Positions 1 through 9,502 of a DNA stretch of 64,000 bases are shown in pieces; the stretch's first letter is position 1, and each line of letters begins with the position of its first letter. The notes under the pieces were generated by a model, which was given only the letters and a program-made list of their open reading frames with translations, ran no database searches and was not told the origin of the DNA. The DNA is taken from NCBI GenBank assembly GCA_034521595.1, contig JAXHMG010000003.1, forward strand, positions 2,144,001 to 2,208,000, given 5' to 3'. Position numbers and translations under genes: made by a program. Origin of the DNA: Gemmatimonadota bacterium. GTDB lineage: Bacteria > Gemmatimonadota > Gemmatimonadetes > Longimicrobiales > Gaopeijiaceae.

Positions 1-279
1 CCCCACCCCACCTCCGGAGCCCGAGCCCGAGCCGGTCCTCGCCGCCATCGAGATGCGCCCGCCGGAGCGGCACTTCGGGATGCTCGGGGGTTCCATCCTC
101 GTCAGCGCGCGCCAGATCGCTGAGGACGGGAGTACGATTCCTACTGCTCGACGCTTTCCCGTGCGCTTTGCGTGGAGCACGGACGCGCCCGAGGTCGCCA
201 CGGTGAGCGACTCGGGCCGGGTGACGAGCGTGGGCGAGGGCACCGCGAACATCACCGCGACGAGTGAGGGGTTCAGTGG
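1..279 (+). pseudogene. Truncated Ig-like (Big_2) domain gene, homologous to the N-terminal half of the Ig+PQQ-propeller lipoproteins at 40852 and 45682; 5' end lies outside the window
   Basis: Frame reads PPPEPEPEPVLAAIEMRPPERHFGMLG...FAWSTDAPEVATVSDSGRVTSVGEGTANITATSEGFSG, paralleling SLEPPERTIGVLG...FSWSSAAPDIATV...GEGHTTITASSQGVTG. Similarity stops at about 279 and the frame closes at 358 with no propeller domain. Confidence 0.6.
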
Positions 280-516
280 ATGTCTATCGGAGGTGCTCGT
301 GCTACCCAGGACTTTGTGCAGGCACATGGACTGCCCGAAGCACGCGTGGGGCGCGTAGAAGGCGGCGCCGGTCTAGGTAGTCCTCGGGGCCTCGGGATTG
401 CTGCAGTTCCGACGGAGCTTTGGGTGGGACGAGATAAAACCGTATGGTACGTGGACTCGAGCCTACCAAGACTTGACTCCGTTCCCGTCGTCGAACCCGT
501 GTGTTCAGACAAATAG
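280..516 (+). pseudogene. Probable C-terminal fragment of a TlpA/redoxin-like thioredoxin-fold protein
   Basis: SIGG..ATQDFVQAHGLP...LGIAAVPTELWVGRDKTV resembles the C-terminal half of TlpA-like proteins (cis-Pro VPT motif); no CxxC-containing N-terminal half is present. Confidence 0.35.
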
Positions 517-742
517 GGCCTGAGGCAAGATGAGGGCAGATGGCGTGCCAAGATCAAGGGGAAGAAGGCAGAGCACCGGGTCCGAGGGTAAAGATGCGGG
601 ACGACCGCTGCTACGTCACCTCCCGCGAGGTGGGTGGATGAATGCTCATACGAGACGCTGTCGGCTGGCTCTGTCCTCCCGTGAGCGGGACACCGTCCCT
701 CACAACGGCACGTCCGAACCTCTCTGTCTGGACACGCTTCAC

Positions 743-1981
743 ATGTCGAGAAAGCTGTTCGGAAGTCGTCGGATCCTTCCTTATGTGCTCAGCCTCGTCT
801 TGGGTTCGTGTAATGCGTCGCCTGGACAGGACGAGCGCACAACGGGTGTGATTTTGACTAGCAGCGATTCCATTTGGCCTGAAGTCGTCGAGATGCCGCT
901 TGAGACACCAGAAAGAGTGTATCCGAGCGATGTGGCGTCGGGAGTGCAGCTAAGCCGTGTAACAGAGGCTCGGCTCCTCAGTGATGAGGGGATCGTCTTG
1001 GTCGATCGGGATCGCTCTCAGCTGATCATGTACGACTCCGTCGGCCAGGTGCAACACGTGCTCGGCGGACCCGGAGCGGGCCCGGGAGAGTTCCGACTCC
1101 TTAGTAGCCTTTCCGTGCTTCCTAGCGATACGGTAGTCGTGTACGATTCGAGCAATCGGCGGATAACCCGATTCTCACCGCCGTACTACGAGGCCTCGAC
1201 TCAGCCCCTGCCCGATGGATTGTTTGGAACGACGCCCGTTTCCGTTTGGCAGCTTCCAGATGGCTCCTGGATGACGTATGAAAGTGACCTCGACGCATAC
1301 GAAGTCCTGGCCCGAAGTCCAGAGGCGGATCTAGTGGGTACTAAGGCGGTTCTGCTCCGGGCAGCGCCAGAAACCTACGAGACCGACACGCTGGTCGCCG
1401 ACCTCATTGGATCTGAAGGCATCCGGGTTGGAAACATGTTTCTCACACCAGCCTTCGGTCGCTCAACCGATATTGACGTGTTAGGTCACACGGTCGCCAT
1501 CGCCATGCCTGATGGTTTCGAGGTCCGAGTATTCGACGGAGCACGACTGCGGCACATCGCGTCGATGCCGGACGCCCAGTCGCCGCTATCCCGAGCCGAA
1601 GTGCGTGACCTTCGCGATAGCACACGTGCCGCGGCAGCCGAAGCAGGCCAAGCGTTTATCGGGCGCCCGATGTTTACACCGGAGTTGCAACCTGAGATGC
1701 GACCGAGTTTTGCGCATATTGTGACTTCCAAGGCCGGGCGGTCACTATTACGCGAATTCGCCCCGCCGGGTCGCAGAGCTGAGAGCTGGTGGTTATTGCA
1801 GCCGAATGGCCGGTTCGAGGGGAAACTGCGCTTGCCCGTGGACGCAACAGTGCTAGAAGTTGGCCCAAGCCACCTCCTCGCCCTCCGACGCGACTCGCTA
1901 GACATACCACGAGTCGAACTCCACAAGGTCGCGTGGGATTCGTTGGCGTTCGCCACTCCTGGATCGGGCATGGGGAACTGA
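743..1981 (+). CDS. 6-bladed beta-propeller (NHL/TolB-like) lipoprotein
   Basis: Lipobox LVLGSC after MSRKLFGSRR; motif LGGPGAGPGEF..LSSL....DTVVVYD..NRRITRF; C-terminal RDSLDIPRV. Start chosen at ATG 743 inside ORF 530..1981. GC looks lower than the flanks. Confidence 0.75.
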   Translation: MSRKLFGSRRILPYVLSLVLGSCNASPGQDERTTGVILTSSDSIWPEVVEMPLETPERVYPSDVASGVQLSRVTEARLLSDEGIVLVDRDRSQLIMYDSVGQVQHVLGGPGAGPGEFRLLSSLSVLPSDTVVVYDSSNRRITRFSPPYYEASTQPLPDGLFGTTPVSVWQLPDGSWMTYESDLDAYEVLARSPEADLVGTKAVLLRAAPETYETDTLVADLIGSEGIRVGNMFLTPAFGRSTDIDVLGHTVAIAMPDGFEVRVFDGARLRHIASMPDAQSPLSRAEVRDLRDSTRAAAAEAGQAFIGRPMFTPELQPEMRPSFAHIVTSKAGRSLLREFAPPGRRAESWWLLQPNGRFEGKLRLPVDATVLEVGPSHLLALRRDSLDIPRVELHKVAWDSLAFATPGSGMGN

Positions 1982-2059
1982 ACCCTTTCCAGCGTCCTCG
2001 CACCCACGAGATCTTGACGGCACCCGGGCCCGAAACAAGCTTCGCTCCTACACGGTTTG

Positions 2060-2073
2060 TGCATTTTCGTGCA
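2060..2073. promoter_or_regulatory. Palindromic operator-like box TGCA-N6-TGCA directly before the antitoxin RBS
   Basis: tgcattttcgtgca (reverse complement tgcacgaaaatgca) abuts GGAGG and ATG 2083. Confidence 0.4.
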
Positions 2074-2082
2074 GGAGGCAAT

Positions 2083-2337
2083 ATGAGTGGTTCGACGCGG
2101 TTCAACGTTCAGCTTGACGAGGTGCGCGCGGCCAAGCTCCGTGCCCTCGCGGACCGAACGCATGTGAACCCGGGCACCCTCGCACGCTCACTTCTGTCTA
2201 CCGCACTGGACGCGGCCGACCCCGACCCAGCGTCGGTCGTAGCCCTACTCGACTCGACCCCGGGTGCGTTCGACCGGGCGCAGGAAGGTCTGCGCGAGAT
2301 CCGGGCGGGTGACACACTTCCGTTGGACGAGCTCTGA
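2083..2337 (+). CDS. Putative ribbon-helix-helix antitoxin
   Basis: GGAGG RBS; RFNVQLDE..AAKLRALA (RHH-like); acidic tail EGLREIRAGDTLPLDEL typical of RelB/ParD-like antitoxins; lies directly upstream of a RelE/ParE-like gene. Confidence 0.7.
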   Translation: MSGSTRFNVQLDEVRAAKLRALADRTHVNPGTLARSLLSTALDAADPDPASVVALLDSTPGAFDRAQEGLREIRAGDTLPLDEL

Positions 2338-2340
2338 CGA

Positions 2341-2640
2341 GTGCCGTCGGTCGTCGTTTCCCCCACCGCCAGAAAGCACCTCTCCCACATCATCGCCACC
2401 CACGATCTTCCCCGAGACACGCGAACAAGGGTCAGAGACCGGATCCTGCCCTTGACGGAGTTTCCGCTCATGGGAGCGGAGCTCGCCGGCCGCTGGCACC
2501 GCTTCCGTTTCATCCTCGGGCCGTGGGCGTAGATGCTGATCATCTACTCCTACGACCGGGACGAGGATCGAGTGAACGTGGTGACCATCGAAGATGCTCG
2601 GATGGCGACCTCCGCGACGTCCGGAGAAACCAGTCCCTGA
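2341..2640 (+). pseudogene. RelE/ParE-family toxin interrupted by an in-frame TAG at 2530-2532
   Basis: VVVSPTARKHL...L.EFPLMGAELAGRW..FRFILGPWA*MLIIYSYDRDEDRVNVVTIEDAR; the same frame continues past the stop to TGA at 2640. Confidence 0.75.
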
Positions 2641-2906
2641 GCTCACCTGTGCCCAGCCTGCCGATCGGGATCGCACGGACACAGGCCCTCACCGTTCCCC
2701 GTCGGTCTCCCTGCGCATGCCGGGCGCCGTGACCGCGCCGCGTCCCCGGAGCTCAACGCTCACGTGCCTCGCCGTGCTCGACCACCGGCCGCTCGATCCG
2801 GCGCGAGACGGCTTGGTGCGGAACAGCCGACAACGAAGTCCGGGCCCCACCCCGCCGAACCGGCGGAGCGGAGCCCGGAACGTGGCCTCGGCCGTGGGCA
2901 GCGAGC

Positions 2907-4178
2907 TCAGCCCTCCGCCGCGAACGTGATCGGGAACGAAACCCACACCGGCGTGGGCTGCTCACGGTTCAGCGCCGGCGTGAAGCGGTACACGGACGCC
3001 ACGTCGAGCGCCGCGCGGTCGAGCGCTTCATGTCCGGAGCTCTGGTCGATCCGGACGTCGGCGACGCGGCCGGTCTCCGAGATCAGGAAGTAGACGCGGA
3101 CCGTCCCTCCGATGCCGGCTTCCCTGAGCAGGGGCGGGTACTCCGCCTCCATCGAGGCGATCACCTCGTCGCGGTTGCGGATCTCGGGCGCGACGGTGAA
3201 GGGCGTGAACGTCGGCTCGGCGGCGAGCTCGGCCGGCACCTCCGCCAGCGCGGGCTCCGGAGACGCGGCGTCGTCGCTGGTGACCGGGCTCTCCACCCCG
3301 CACGCCTGCGCTCCGACGAGGATCGCGGCGGCGAGGAGGCCGGTCCCCGCCAGGCGGGTCCGTGGGTTGATGCGTGTGCTCATGGCCAGAATCCTCCGTT
3401 CGAGGGTGTGGGGTGCTTCGGTGAACGCGGCGAGCGCGAGCGTGGGCCGGCCTGCCCGGCCGGCCACGGTGAGGAGGCTCTCGCCGTAGGCGGCCGGGTC
3501 GGGCTCGCGACGCAGCACCCGCCGGTCGCAGTCGACCTCGACGGCACCCCGCAACCGGCGCAGCAGCCACCAACCGACGGGATTCCACGCGGTCGCGGCC
3601 ACCAGGGTGAGCGCCACGGCGAGCAGGGGGACGTCTCGGGCTCGGACGTGCTCCTCTTCGTGCGTCAGAATCATCCGTATCTGACGCCCGGGCAGTCCGA
3701 GCACCCAGTCGGGAAGCACGATCCGGGATCGAAAGGCTCCGGTGACGGCGGGCCCGAGGTCACGGGCGACGAGCACGTCGCGTCCCTGAACCCGTTCGGT
3801 CCGCCACCCGCCCATGGCTCGGGCGAGCCCCAACCGAGCCCTCAGAAGGACGGCGAGGAAGCCGAGGGTGGCGGCCGCCCACAGGCCGACCGCGAGGGGT
3901 TCGGCGAAGGCCGCCACGCTCGTGGCGCCGTTCCCGACCGTGAGGCCCTGCAGGTCCACGACACCGACCGGCAGCGATCCGACGTCCCCGACCACCCTCC
4001 CCACCGACCGGCGCAGCACCACCGCCGCGATCAGGAGGCTCGGGCCGAGCGCGAGCGCGACCAACCAGACCAGCCGCGTGGGCGCCCCGAAGCCGCGCAG
4101 TCCCCGTTCGGCGCACCAGGCCGCGATCGCAGCGAGCCCGCTCACGACGAGCAAAAACGTCATCACGGAGAGGATCAT
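2907..4178 (-). CDS. BlaR1-like M56 metallopeptidase with C-terminal TonB_C domain
   Basis: TM helices; GPAVTG...IVLP; HEEEH zincin motif; WNP..W; EVDCDRRVL; LERRI; C-terminal YPPLLREAGIGGTVRVYFLISETGRV..SSGHEALDRAAL..FTPA (TonB_C). Confidence 0.9.
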   Translation of the reverse strand: MILSVMTFLLVVSGLAAIAAWCAERGLRGFGAPTRLVWLVALALGPSLLIAAVVLRRSVGRVVGDVGSLPVGVVDLQGLTVGNGATSVAAFAEPLAVGLWAAATLGFLAVLLRARLGLARAMGGWRTERVQGRDVLVARDLGPAVTGAFRSRIVLPDWVLGLPGRQIRMILTHEEEHVRARDVPLLAVALTLVAATAWNPVGWWLLRRLRGAVEVDCDRRVLRREPDPAAYGESLLTVAGRAGRPTLALAAFTEAPHTLERRILAMSTRINPRTRLAGTGLLAAAILVGAQACGVESPVTSDDAASPEPALAEVPAELAAEPTFTPFTVAPEIRNRDEVIASMEAEYPPLLREAGIGGTVRVYFLISETGRVADVRIDQSSGHEALDRAALDVASVYRFTPALNREQPTPVWVSFPITFAAEG

Positions 4179-4555
4179 TGGTCCTCCTCTTCCTCGCCCA
4201 GCCGGCTCGCGAGAAGGTCCCGCATGCGGCGGAGCTCGTCGTCCGAGAGGGGCTGATCGTCGACGAGTCGGGTGAGCAGGAGCTCCGAGGAGCCGGAGAA
4301 GAGGCGTTCCCGCACCCGCTTTAGCGCGCTGCTCGCAGCCTCGTCCCGCTCGACGAGCGGCCGGTACCGGTGGGCCCGCCCCTCCTCTTCGTGGGTCACG
4401 TGTCCCTTCTCCTCGAGCACCCGCAGCACGGTCAGCACCGTCGTGTACGCGAGGTCGTCGGCCAGCGCCCGCTGCACCTCCGCGACCGTCGAGGGGCCTC
4501 GATCCCAGAGCACGTTCATCAGGTCGAGCTCACGCGCCGTGAAGCGAACGTCCAT
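4175..4555 (-). CDS. BlaI/MecI/CopY family transcriptional repressor
   Basis: TARELDLMNVLW..GPSTVAEV..LAYTTVLTVLRVLEEKGHV..GRAHRYRP; ATGA overlap with the M56 gene. Confidence 0.93.
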   Translation of the reverse strand: MDVRFTARELDLMNVLWDRGPSTVAEVQRALADDLAYTTVLTVLRVLEEKGHVTHEEEGRAHRYRPLVERDEAASSALKRVRERLFSGSSELLLTRLVDDQPLSDDELRRMRDLLASRLGEEEEDQ

Positions 4556-4578
4556 GCATCGCCTCCTTGCCTGCGTCT

Positions 4579-4637
4579 ACTAATGAGATAGTCGCATACT
4601 ACAACCGGACTCGCGACATGTCAACTATCTTGTTAGT
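4579..4637 (-). promoter_or_regulatory. Sigma70 promoter of the blaI-M56 operon flanked by two BlaI-type operators
   Basis: Minus strand TTGACA (4624-4619), 17 nt, TAGTAT (4601-4596). Palindromes ACTA-N6-TAGT at 4579-4592 and 4624-4637 match the outer bases of the BlaI consensus ACTACAnnTGTAGT. Confidence 0.8.
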
Positions 4638-4673
4638 AATGAGCCGATCGACCCCCACGGCGACCGCCGTGGG

Positions 4674-7337
4674 CTATTCCGCCTGCAACGCCTCCTTCGG
4701 ATCCACGCGGGCGGCAGCGCGCGCGGGCACCCACGAGGCCAGGACGGCCACGGCCAGGAAGAGGAGCCCGACCCCGGCGTAGGTCGGCAGGTCCAGGGCC
4801 GGCACACCGAACAGCATGCCGCGCAGGAGGGACGAGAGCGCCGCCGCTCCCAACAGCCCCACGCCGAGCCCGAGCACCACGGGCTTCAAGGCCCGCGACA
4901 CCACCAGCCGCTGAACCCCGGCCAGGTCCGCCCCGAGAGCGACCCGGACCCCGATCTCGTGCGTCCGCCGGCGCACCGAGTACGCCACCACGCCGTAGAT
5001 CCCCACGACCGCCAGGAGGGTGGCTCCGGCCGCGAATAGGGTCATCACGAACGCGAAGAACCGCGGCTGCGCGACGGCGTCGGCGTACGCGCTCCCGGCG
5101 GTGTAGACGGACCGAACGGGTTGGCGCTCGTCCACCTCCTCGACCGCTCGCCGGAGCGGTGCGACGAACGAGACGGGATCGCCGTCGACCCGGACGATGA
5201 AGGAGAAGACCCTCCTGGCGTTGACCCGGTCGTCGATGTAGGCCATCGGCGGCGGGGGCTCCGCGGGGTCGGTGTGGAGGACGTCCCCGACGACGGCCCG
5301 AACCGGAACGTCGTACTCGCCCACGCGCAGGGTGGCGTCCACCGCGTCCGCCGCGCTTCCGAACGCTTCACGGGCGAGGCGCTCGTTGACCACCAACGCC
5401 AGCTCCGGATCGCCTTCCGGAAGCGTGCCGCGCAGAACGGGGATCTCCATGACCTCGAAGAAGTCGTGGTGCACGTTCAGGAGCTGCGCGGTCCGCTCCT
5501 CTCCGGGAACGGGTGGAGGGTCGCCGGGCAGGGCCCAGGACATGCGCTCGCCCGTTCCGCGCGTCGGAAACTCCTTGGCCGTGGTGGCGCCCGTCACGCC
5601 CGGAATCGCCTCGAGCTCCGCGAGGAGTCGGTCCCGAAAGCCGAGGTAGGCGTCCGCCTCCTCGTAGCCCGACACGACCATGTCGGCGACGAGCAAGCCG
5701 TCGGGCTCGAATCCCGGATCGATGGCGGTCAGCTCGGCGAAGCTCCGCATGAGCAAGCCCCCACCGACCAGGAGCACGACCGCGAGGCCGACCTCGGCGA
5801 ACACCAGGCCGCCGAGCACCCCCCTGGCCTCGCCGGCTCCGGCGCCCGCCGTGCCCCGGCCGCTCCCGAGCCCGGTCCCTCCGACCCGGAGCGCGGGGAG
5901 CAGCCCGACCAGCAGGCCGGTCCCGACCGCCGCCGCGAGGGCGACGAGCAGCATGCCACCGTCGACGGAGATCGCTTCGGCGCGGGGGAGCAGACCGTCC
6001 GCGCCCGAGACGAGAACGGGCACGGCGAGGACGGCCAAGCCGGCCCCGACCAAACCGCCGGAGATGCTCAGAAACAGGCTTTCCACCAGGACCTGTCGCA
6101 CCAGGCGGCCGCGTCCGGCGCCGAGGGAAGCGCGCAGCTCGAACTCCCGGCGCCGCATGACGCCACGCGCCAGGAGCAGATTCGCGACGTTCGCGCACGC
6201 GATCAGGAGCGTGAGCACGATGGCTCCGGCCACCAGCGCCAAGGGGGTGCGCACGTCGCCGACGATCGCCTCGCGGACGGGCATGAGCTCGACCGAGGTG
6301 ATGCCTTCGTTCGTGTCCGGCACGTCCCGGGCGAGGGAGCGGGCCACACTCCCGAGCTCCTCCTCCGCGGCCGCGAGGTCGGTCGGGGCGCCACCCGGGC
6401 CCGCGGCGACGCGCGCGACGCCCTCGAACACCCGCACCTGGCGAAGCCGCCAGGGAACGGAGCTCTGCGAGACGTTCGCGAGGAAGGTCCAGAGCTCGGT
6501 CTCGGGCGACGGGAACGCGAAGCCCGGCGGCATCACGCCGGCGATCCGGTAGCCGCCCTGCTGGGTCTCGAGCGTGCCGCCGATGACCGACGGATCCGCC
6601 CCGAATCTCCGGCGCCAATACCCGTCCGAGAGCACCACGACCCGAGGCTCCGTCTCCTCGGCCTCGGCGGGCAGCGCGGCTCCGAGCGCGGGCGGCGTGC
6701 CGAGCGCCTCGAAGAAGCCGGGCGTCACGTAGGCCGTCGGCACTTCCTCGGGACTGCCGCCCCCGTCGGCCACCACCAGGCCTCCGAGCTCGGTGGAGTA
6801 CGCCCCGATCGCCGTCAGCGACTCCGACCGCTCCCGCCAGTCTCTCATGTCCGGGATGGACCACGACTGCCGCCCTCCGTCCGGATCCCCGGGCGCCGCC
6901 GGCCAGATCCGGACGACGCGCTCCTCGTCGGGGTACGGGAGCGGTTGAAGCAACACTCCGTGGACGACCGAATACATGGCGGTCGTCCCACCCACGCCGA
7001 GTGCCAGCGTGAGCAATGCCGCCACAAAGAGTCCCGGGCTCGAGCGTACCTGGCGCACCGCGACCACCAGGTCCCGTCCCGCTTCAGCCATCCATCGCGC
7101 GATCCCCATCGTCATCCTCCCCCATCCACGTGATTCCCTGCGGGCGCGCCGCACGGCCCGGTCCCGGTCGCCGAACTCCGCGCACGCGCGCCGCCGCGCC
7201 TCCGATGCGTCGAGGCCCTCGGCCACGAGCTCTCGCGTCCGGCTCTCGATGTGGAACCGGATTTCCTCCTCGATGTCGTCTCCGTCGGACACCCAATCGG
7301 GCGGCGGAGTCCGCCGGAAGCCCTCGGGGAGCCTCAC
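4674..7337 (-). CDS. ABC transporter permease, duplicated MacB/FtsX type (ADOP family) with permease-prefix domain
   Basis: DIEEEIRFHIE..EARRRA..FG prefix; TLALGVGGTTAMYSVV; LLIACANVANLLLARG..RRREF..RASLGAGRGRLVRQ; GIYGVVAYSVRRRTHEIGVRVALGA; PARAAARVDP. Confidence 0.92.
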   Translation of the reverse strand: MRLPEGFRRTPPPDWVSDGDDIEEEIRFHIESRTRELVAEGLDASEARRRACAEFGDRDRAVRRARRESRGWGRMTMGIARWMAEAGRDLVVAVRQVRSSPGLFVAALLTLALGVGGTTAMYSVVHGVLLQPLPYPDEERVVRIWPAAPGDPDGGRQSWSIPDMRDWRERSESLTAIGAYSTELGGLVVADGGGSPEEVPTAYVTPGFFEALGTPPALGAALPAEAEETEPRVVVLSDGYWRRRFGADPSVIGGTLETQQGGYRIAGVMPPGFAFPSPETELWTFLANVSQSSVPWRLRQVRVFEGVARVAAGPGGAPTDLAAAEEELGSVARSLARDVPDTNEGITSVELMPVREAIVGDVRTPLALVAGAIVLTLLIACANVANLLLARGVMRRREFELRASLGAGRGRLVRQVLVESLFLSISGGLVGAGLAVLAVPVLVSGADGLLPRAEAISVDGGMLLVALAAAVGTGLLVGLLPALRVGGTGLGSGRGTAGAGAGEARGVLGGLVFAEVGLAVVLLVGGGLLMRSFAELTAIDPGFEPDGLLVADMVVSGYEEADAYLGFRDRLLAELEAIPGVTGATTAKEFPTRGTGERMSWALPGDPPPVPGEERTAQLLNVHHDFFEVMEIPVLRGTLPEGDPELALVVNERLAREAFGSAADAVDATLRVGEYDVPVRAVVGDVLHTDPAEPPPPMAYIDDRVNARRVFSFIVRVDGDPVSFVAPLRRAVEEVDERQPVRSVYTAGSAYADAVAQPRFFAFVMTLFAAGATLLAVVGIYGVVAYSVRRRTHEIGVRVALGADLAGVQRLVVSRALKPVVLGLGVGLLGAAALSSLLRGMLFGVPALDLPTYAGVGLLFLAVAVLASWVPARAAARVDPKEALQAE

Positions 7338-7340
7338 CCC

Positions 7341-7673
7341 TCACCCCTCCTCGGGCGCGTCCGCCTTCAACACGCGCCCGACCGCCCGGGCGTAGGTCTC
7401 CCAGCTCCGGGTCCCCTCGGCCAGCGCCCGCCGTCCCTTCGGCGTGAGCTGATAGAACTTCGCGCGGCGGTTGTTCTCCGAGACGCCCCAGTCCGACTCC
7501 ACCAGGCCCTTGCGTCGGAGCCGGTGGAGGGCCGGGTAGAGGGCGCCTTCCTCCACGGTCAGCACGTCTTCGGTCGTCCGCTTGATCCAGCGGCTGATCG
7601 CGTAACCGTGCAGCGGGCCCCATTGCAGGGCCTTCAGGATCATGACATCGAGGGTTCCCTGCACCAGCTCCAC
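7341..7673 (-). CDS. PadR family transcriptional regulator (type usually linked to ADOP permeases)
   Basis: QGTLDVMILKAL..GPLHGYAI..VEEGALYPALHRL..WGVSENNRRAKFYQLT; GTG start. Confidence 0.93.
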   Translation of the reverse strand: MELVQGTLDVMILKALQWGPLHGYAISRWIKRTTEDVLTVEEGALYPALHRLRRKGLVESDWGVSENNRRAKFYQLTPKGRRALAEGTRSWETYARAVGRVLKADAPEEG

Positions 7674-7705
7674 GCGGCGGCCTCCCTGACGGCCCCTCGG
7701 GCCGT

Positions 7706-7724
7706 CCCCTAAGATGAGCAGGGG
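7706..7724. promoter_or_regulatory. Inverted repeat CCCCT-N9-AGGGG, candidate PadR operator
   Basis: cccctaagatgagcagggg about 30 bp upstream of the padR start; a minus-strand TTGACG lies at 7762-7757. Confidence 0.45.
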
Positions 7725-7924
7725 TGTTATTCGAGAATCGGCCCCTTCCCCTCAGGCGTCAAGGGGGCATGACTCGCCGCACGCACGCTCCTCGCCTATC
7801 AGCCCGTGTAGAAGTCGGTGGTCCGCATTCCCGGACGGGCCGATCAAGTCCGCCGACCCGGAGGCGGGATGGGGCGGGCTCCCGGAAGCGTGGGCGCCCG
7901 CGGTCGAGTCACGGTGTCCGGCGG

Positions 7925-8158
7925 CTACGGCTCGTCCAGAGTGGTGACGTCCACCGTGGGCGTGCCATCCTGGTCCACAGCGACTCGGACCTCCCACGGC
8001 CGACAGCACACCTCGCAGTCCTCCACGTACTCCTGGGAGCTTCCACCCCCCGGATCGACGAGCACCTCCACGGCTTCGCCGCAGTACGGGCACTGGACCG
8101 TGACGGCCTCGTCGAGGCCGGCCAGAGGTGGCTCGGGCTCGTCCCGATCACGCCGCAT
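7925..8158 (-). CDS. CPXCG-motif cysteine-rich small protein
   Basis: VQCPYCGE..VLVD...QEYVEDCEVCCRPW. Confidence 0.88.
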   Translation of the reverse strand: MRRDRDEPEPPLAGLDEAVTVQCPYCGEAVEVLVDPGGGSSQEYVEDCEVCCRPWEVRVAVDQDGTPTVDVTTLDEP

Positions 8159-8169
8159 CGCGTGGCTCC

Positions 8170-8613
8170 TCAGGCGGTGGCGGAGGAGGAGGAGGAGGCC
8201 GCCTCATGCAGCTCGAGGGCCGGACCCTGTTCCCCGTCGGCCCGCGCGACCGCGTCCTCGCCCATGCGCACGTTGGCGTTGACGACCGCGCCCTCGCCCA
8301 CCTGGACCGTTCGCGCGAACACGTCGCCGTCGACTCGGCTGGATTCCTGGAGCTCGAGCCGCCCTTCGGCGACCAGCGTTCCACGGACGCTGCCCGCGAT
8401 GGTCGCGTCGCGGGCGCGCACGTCTCCGGTCACGAGGCCGCCCGGCCCGATGGCGACGGCCCGGCCGGCCCGAATCGAGCCTTCGACCGTCCCTTCGACC
8501 CGAATACTCCCCTGGGTCGTGCAATCTCCCACGAACGTCATTCCCGGTCCGACGATCGAGATCGTCTCCGTGTTCTCGTGACTCTGACTTTCCTTCGCGC
8601 GGTCGCGGCCCAT
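8170..8613 (-). CDS. Bactofilin (polymer-forming cytoskeletal protein)
   Basis: ISIVGPGMTFVGD..GSIRVEGTVEGSI..IG..G.V.GDV.A..I.G.V.G..L....RV.GDV repeats; GGAGG RBS before ATG 8613. Confidence 0.88.
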   Translation of the reverse strand: MGRDRAKESQSHENTETISIVGPGMTFVGDCTTQGSIRVEGTVEGSIRAGRAVAIGPGGLVTGDVRARDATIAGSVRGTLVAEGRLELQESSRVDGDVFARTVQVGEGAVVNANVRMGEDAVARADGEQGPALELHEAASSSSSATA

Positions 8614-8804
8614 GGCGCACCTCCCGTGTACGTTGGATCTTCGGTGGCGCGACGAGGGGGGTTGCCGGGAGTGGACGCCATCAGGCCCTTTCCCGACATC
8701 GACGCTGTGTACCGTACCTGAAGCTGCAAACAACGTGCCCGGGGCGAAGCAGGACCGACACCCACTAACCTCACTCACCACACCCCACACACCCGGAGAC
8801 CATC

Positions 8805-9299
8805 ATGCTCGACGCCATTCGCGACTTCTTCAGCTCGACGATGACTCCCGAGGACACACGGGAAACGGAAGGAACCACCGCGCATCCGGAGTCGGAGCCC
8901 GACTTGAAGCTCGCCGCGTGCGCCCTCCTCCTCGAGCTCGCGCATGCGGACGAGGAGTTCACGGGGGAGGAACGTCAACACGTGGAGTCCGCCGTACGGC
9001 GTCACTTCGGGCTCGATCCCGACGACGCCGAGCAACTCCTCCAGCTCGCCGAAGCGGAGCGGCGCGAGGCCGTCGATCTCTGGCAGTTCACCAACCTCGT
9101 CGACGAGAGCTACTCCCTCGGCCAGAAGACCCTGCTCGCGGAAGTGATGTGGGGGCTGGTCTACGCCGACGGGGAGTTGGCCCAGAAGGAAGCCCATCTC
9201 ATGCGGAAGATCTCCTACCTATTGCACCTGAAGCCGGGCTACCTGGCGGAGGCCCGGAAGCGCGTGAAGCGCCGCCGCGAGGACCTCGACGTAGACTGA
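8805..9299 (+). CDS. TerB family (tellurite-resistance-like) protein
   Basis: LKLAACALLLELAHADEEF..EERQ..VDLWQFT..MWGLVYADGEL..EAHLMRKISYLL. Confidence 0.85.
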   Translation: MLDAIRDFFSSTMTPEDTRETEGTTAHPESEPDLKLAACALLLELAHADEEFTGEERQHVESAVRRHFGLDPDDAEQLLQLAEAERREAVDLWQFTNLVDESYSLGQKTLLAEVMWGLVYADGELAQKEAHLMRKISYLLHLKPGYLAEARKRVKRRREDLDVD

Positions 9300-9502
9300 C
9301 GGTGGGCTCCGACGCGGGTCGACGCCGGCGGCAAGATTTACGCGAGCTTGACATTTGACCTCCTCCCTCGTCCTATGAGCGATATGCTCTGGGACAGGGG
9401 TCACAGGGTTCGATGGCGGCTTGGCGTCTCCCTCGCATCACGGCGTGGAGACTGAAGGACATAGAAGAAAAAGATGAACGTCTCCAGCCGGAGGAGGGTC
9501 CC

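Noticed and set aside
2530-2532. In-frame TAG (and TGA at 38757) as pyrrolysine/selenocysteine or genetic-code reassignment
   Set aside because: Both are one substitution from TGG (shown directly for 38757 by the paralog). TAG and TGA are normal stops elsewhere in the window and no recoding machinery is present.
2641-2906. Short ORFs between the toxin pseudogene and the M56 gene
   Set aside because: No RBS, motif or consistent codon pattern; treated as intergenic.
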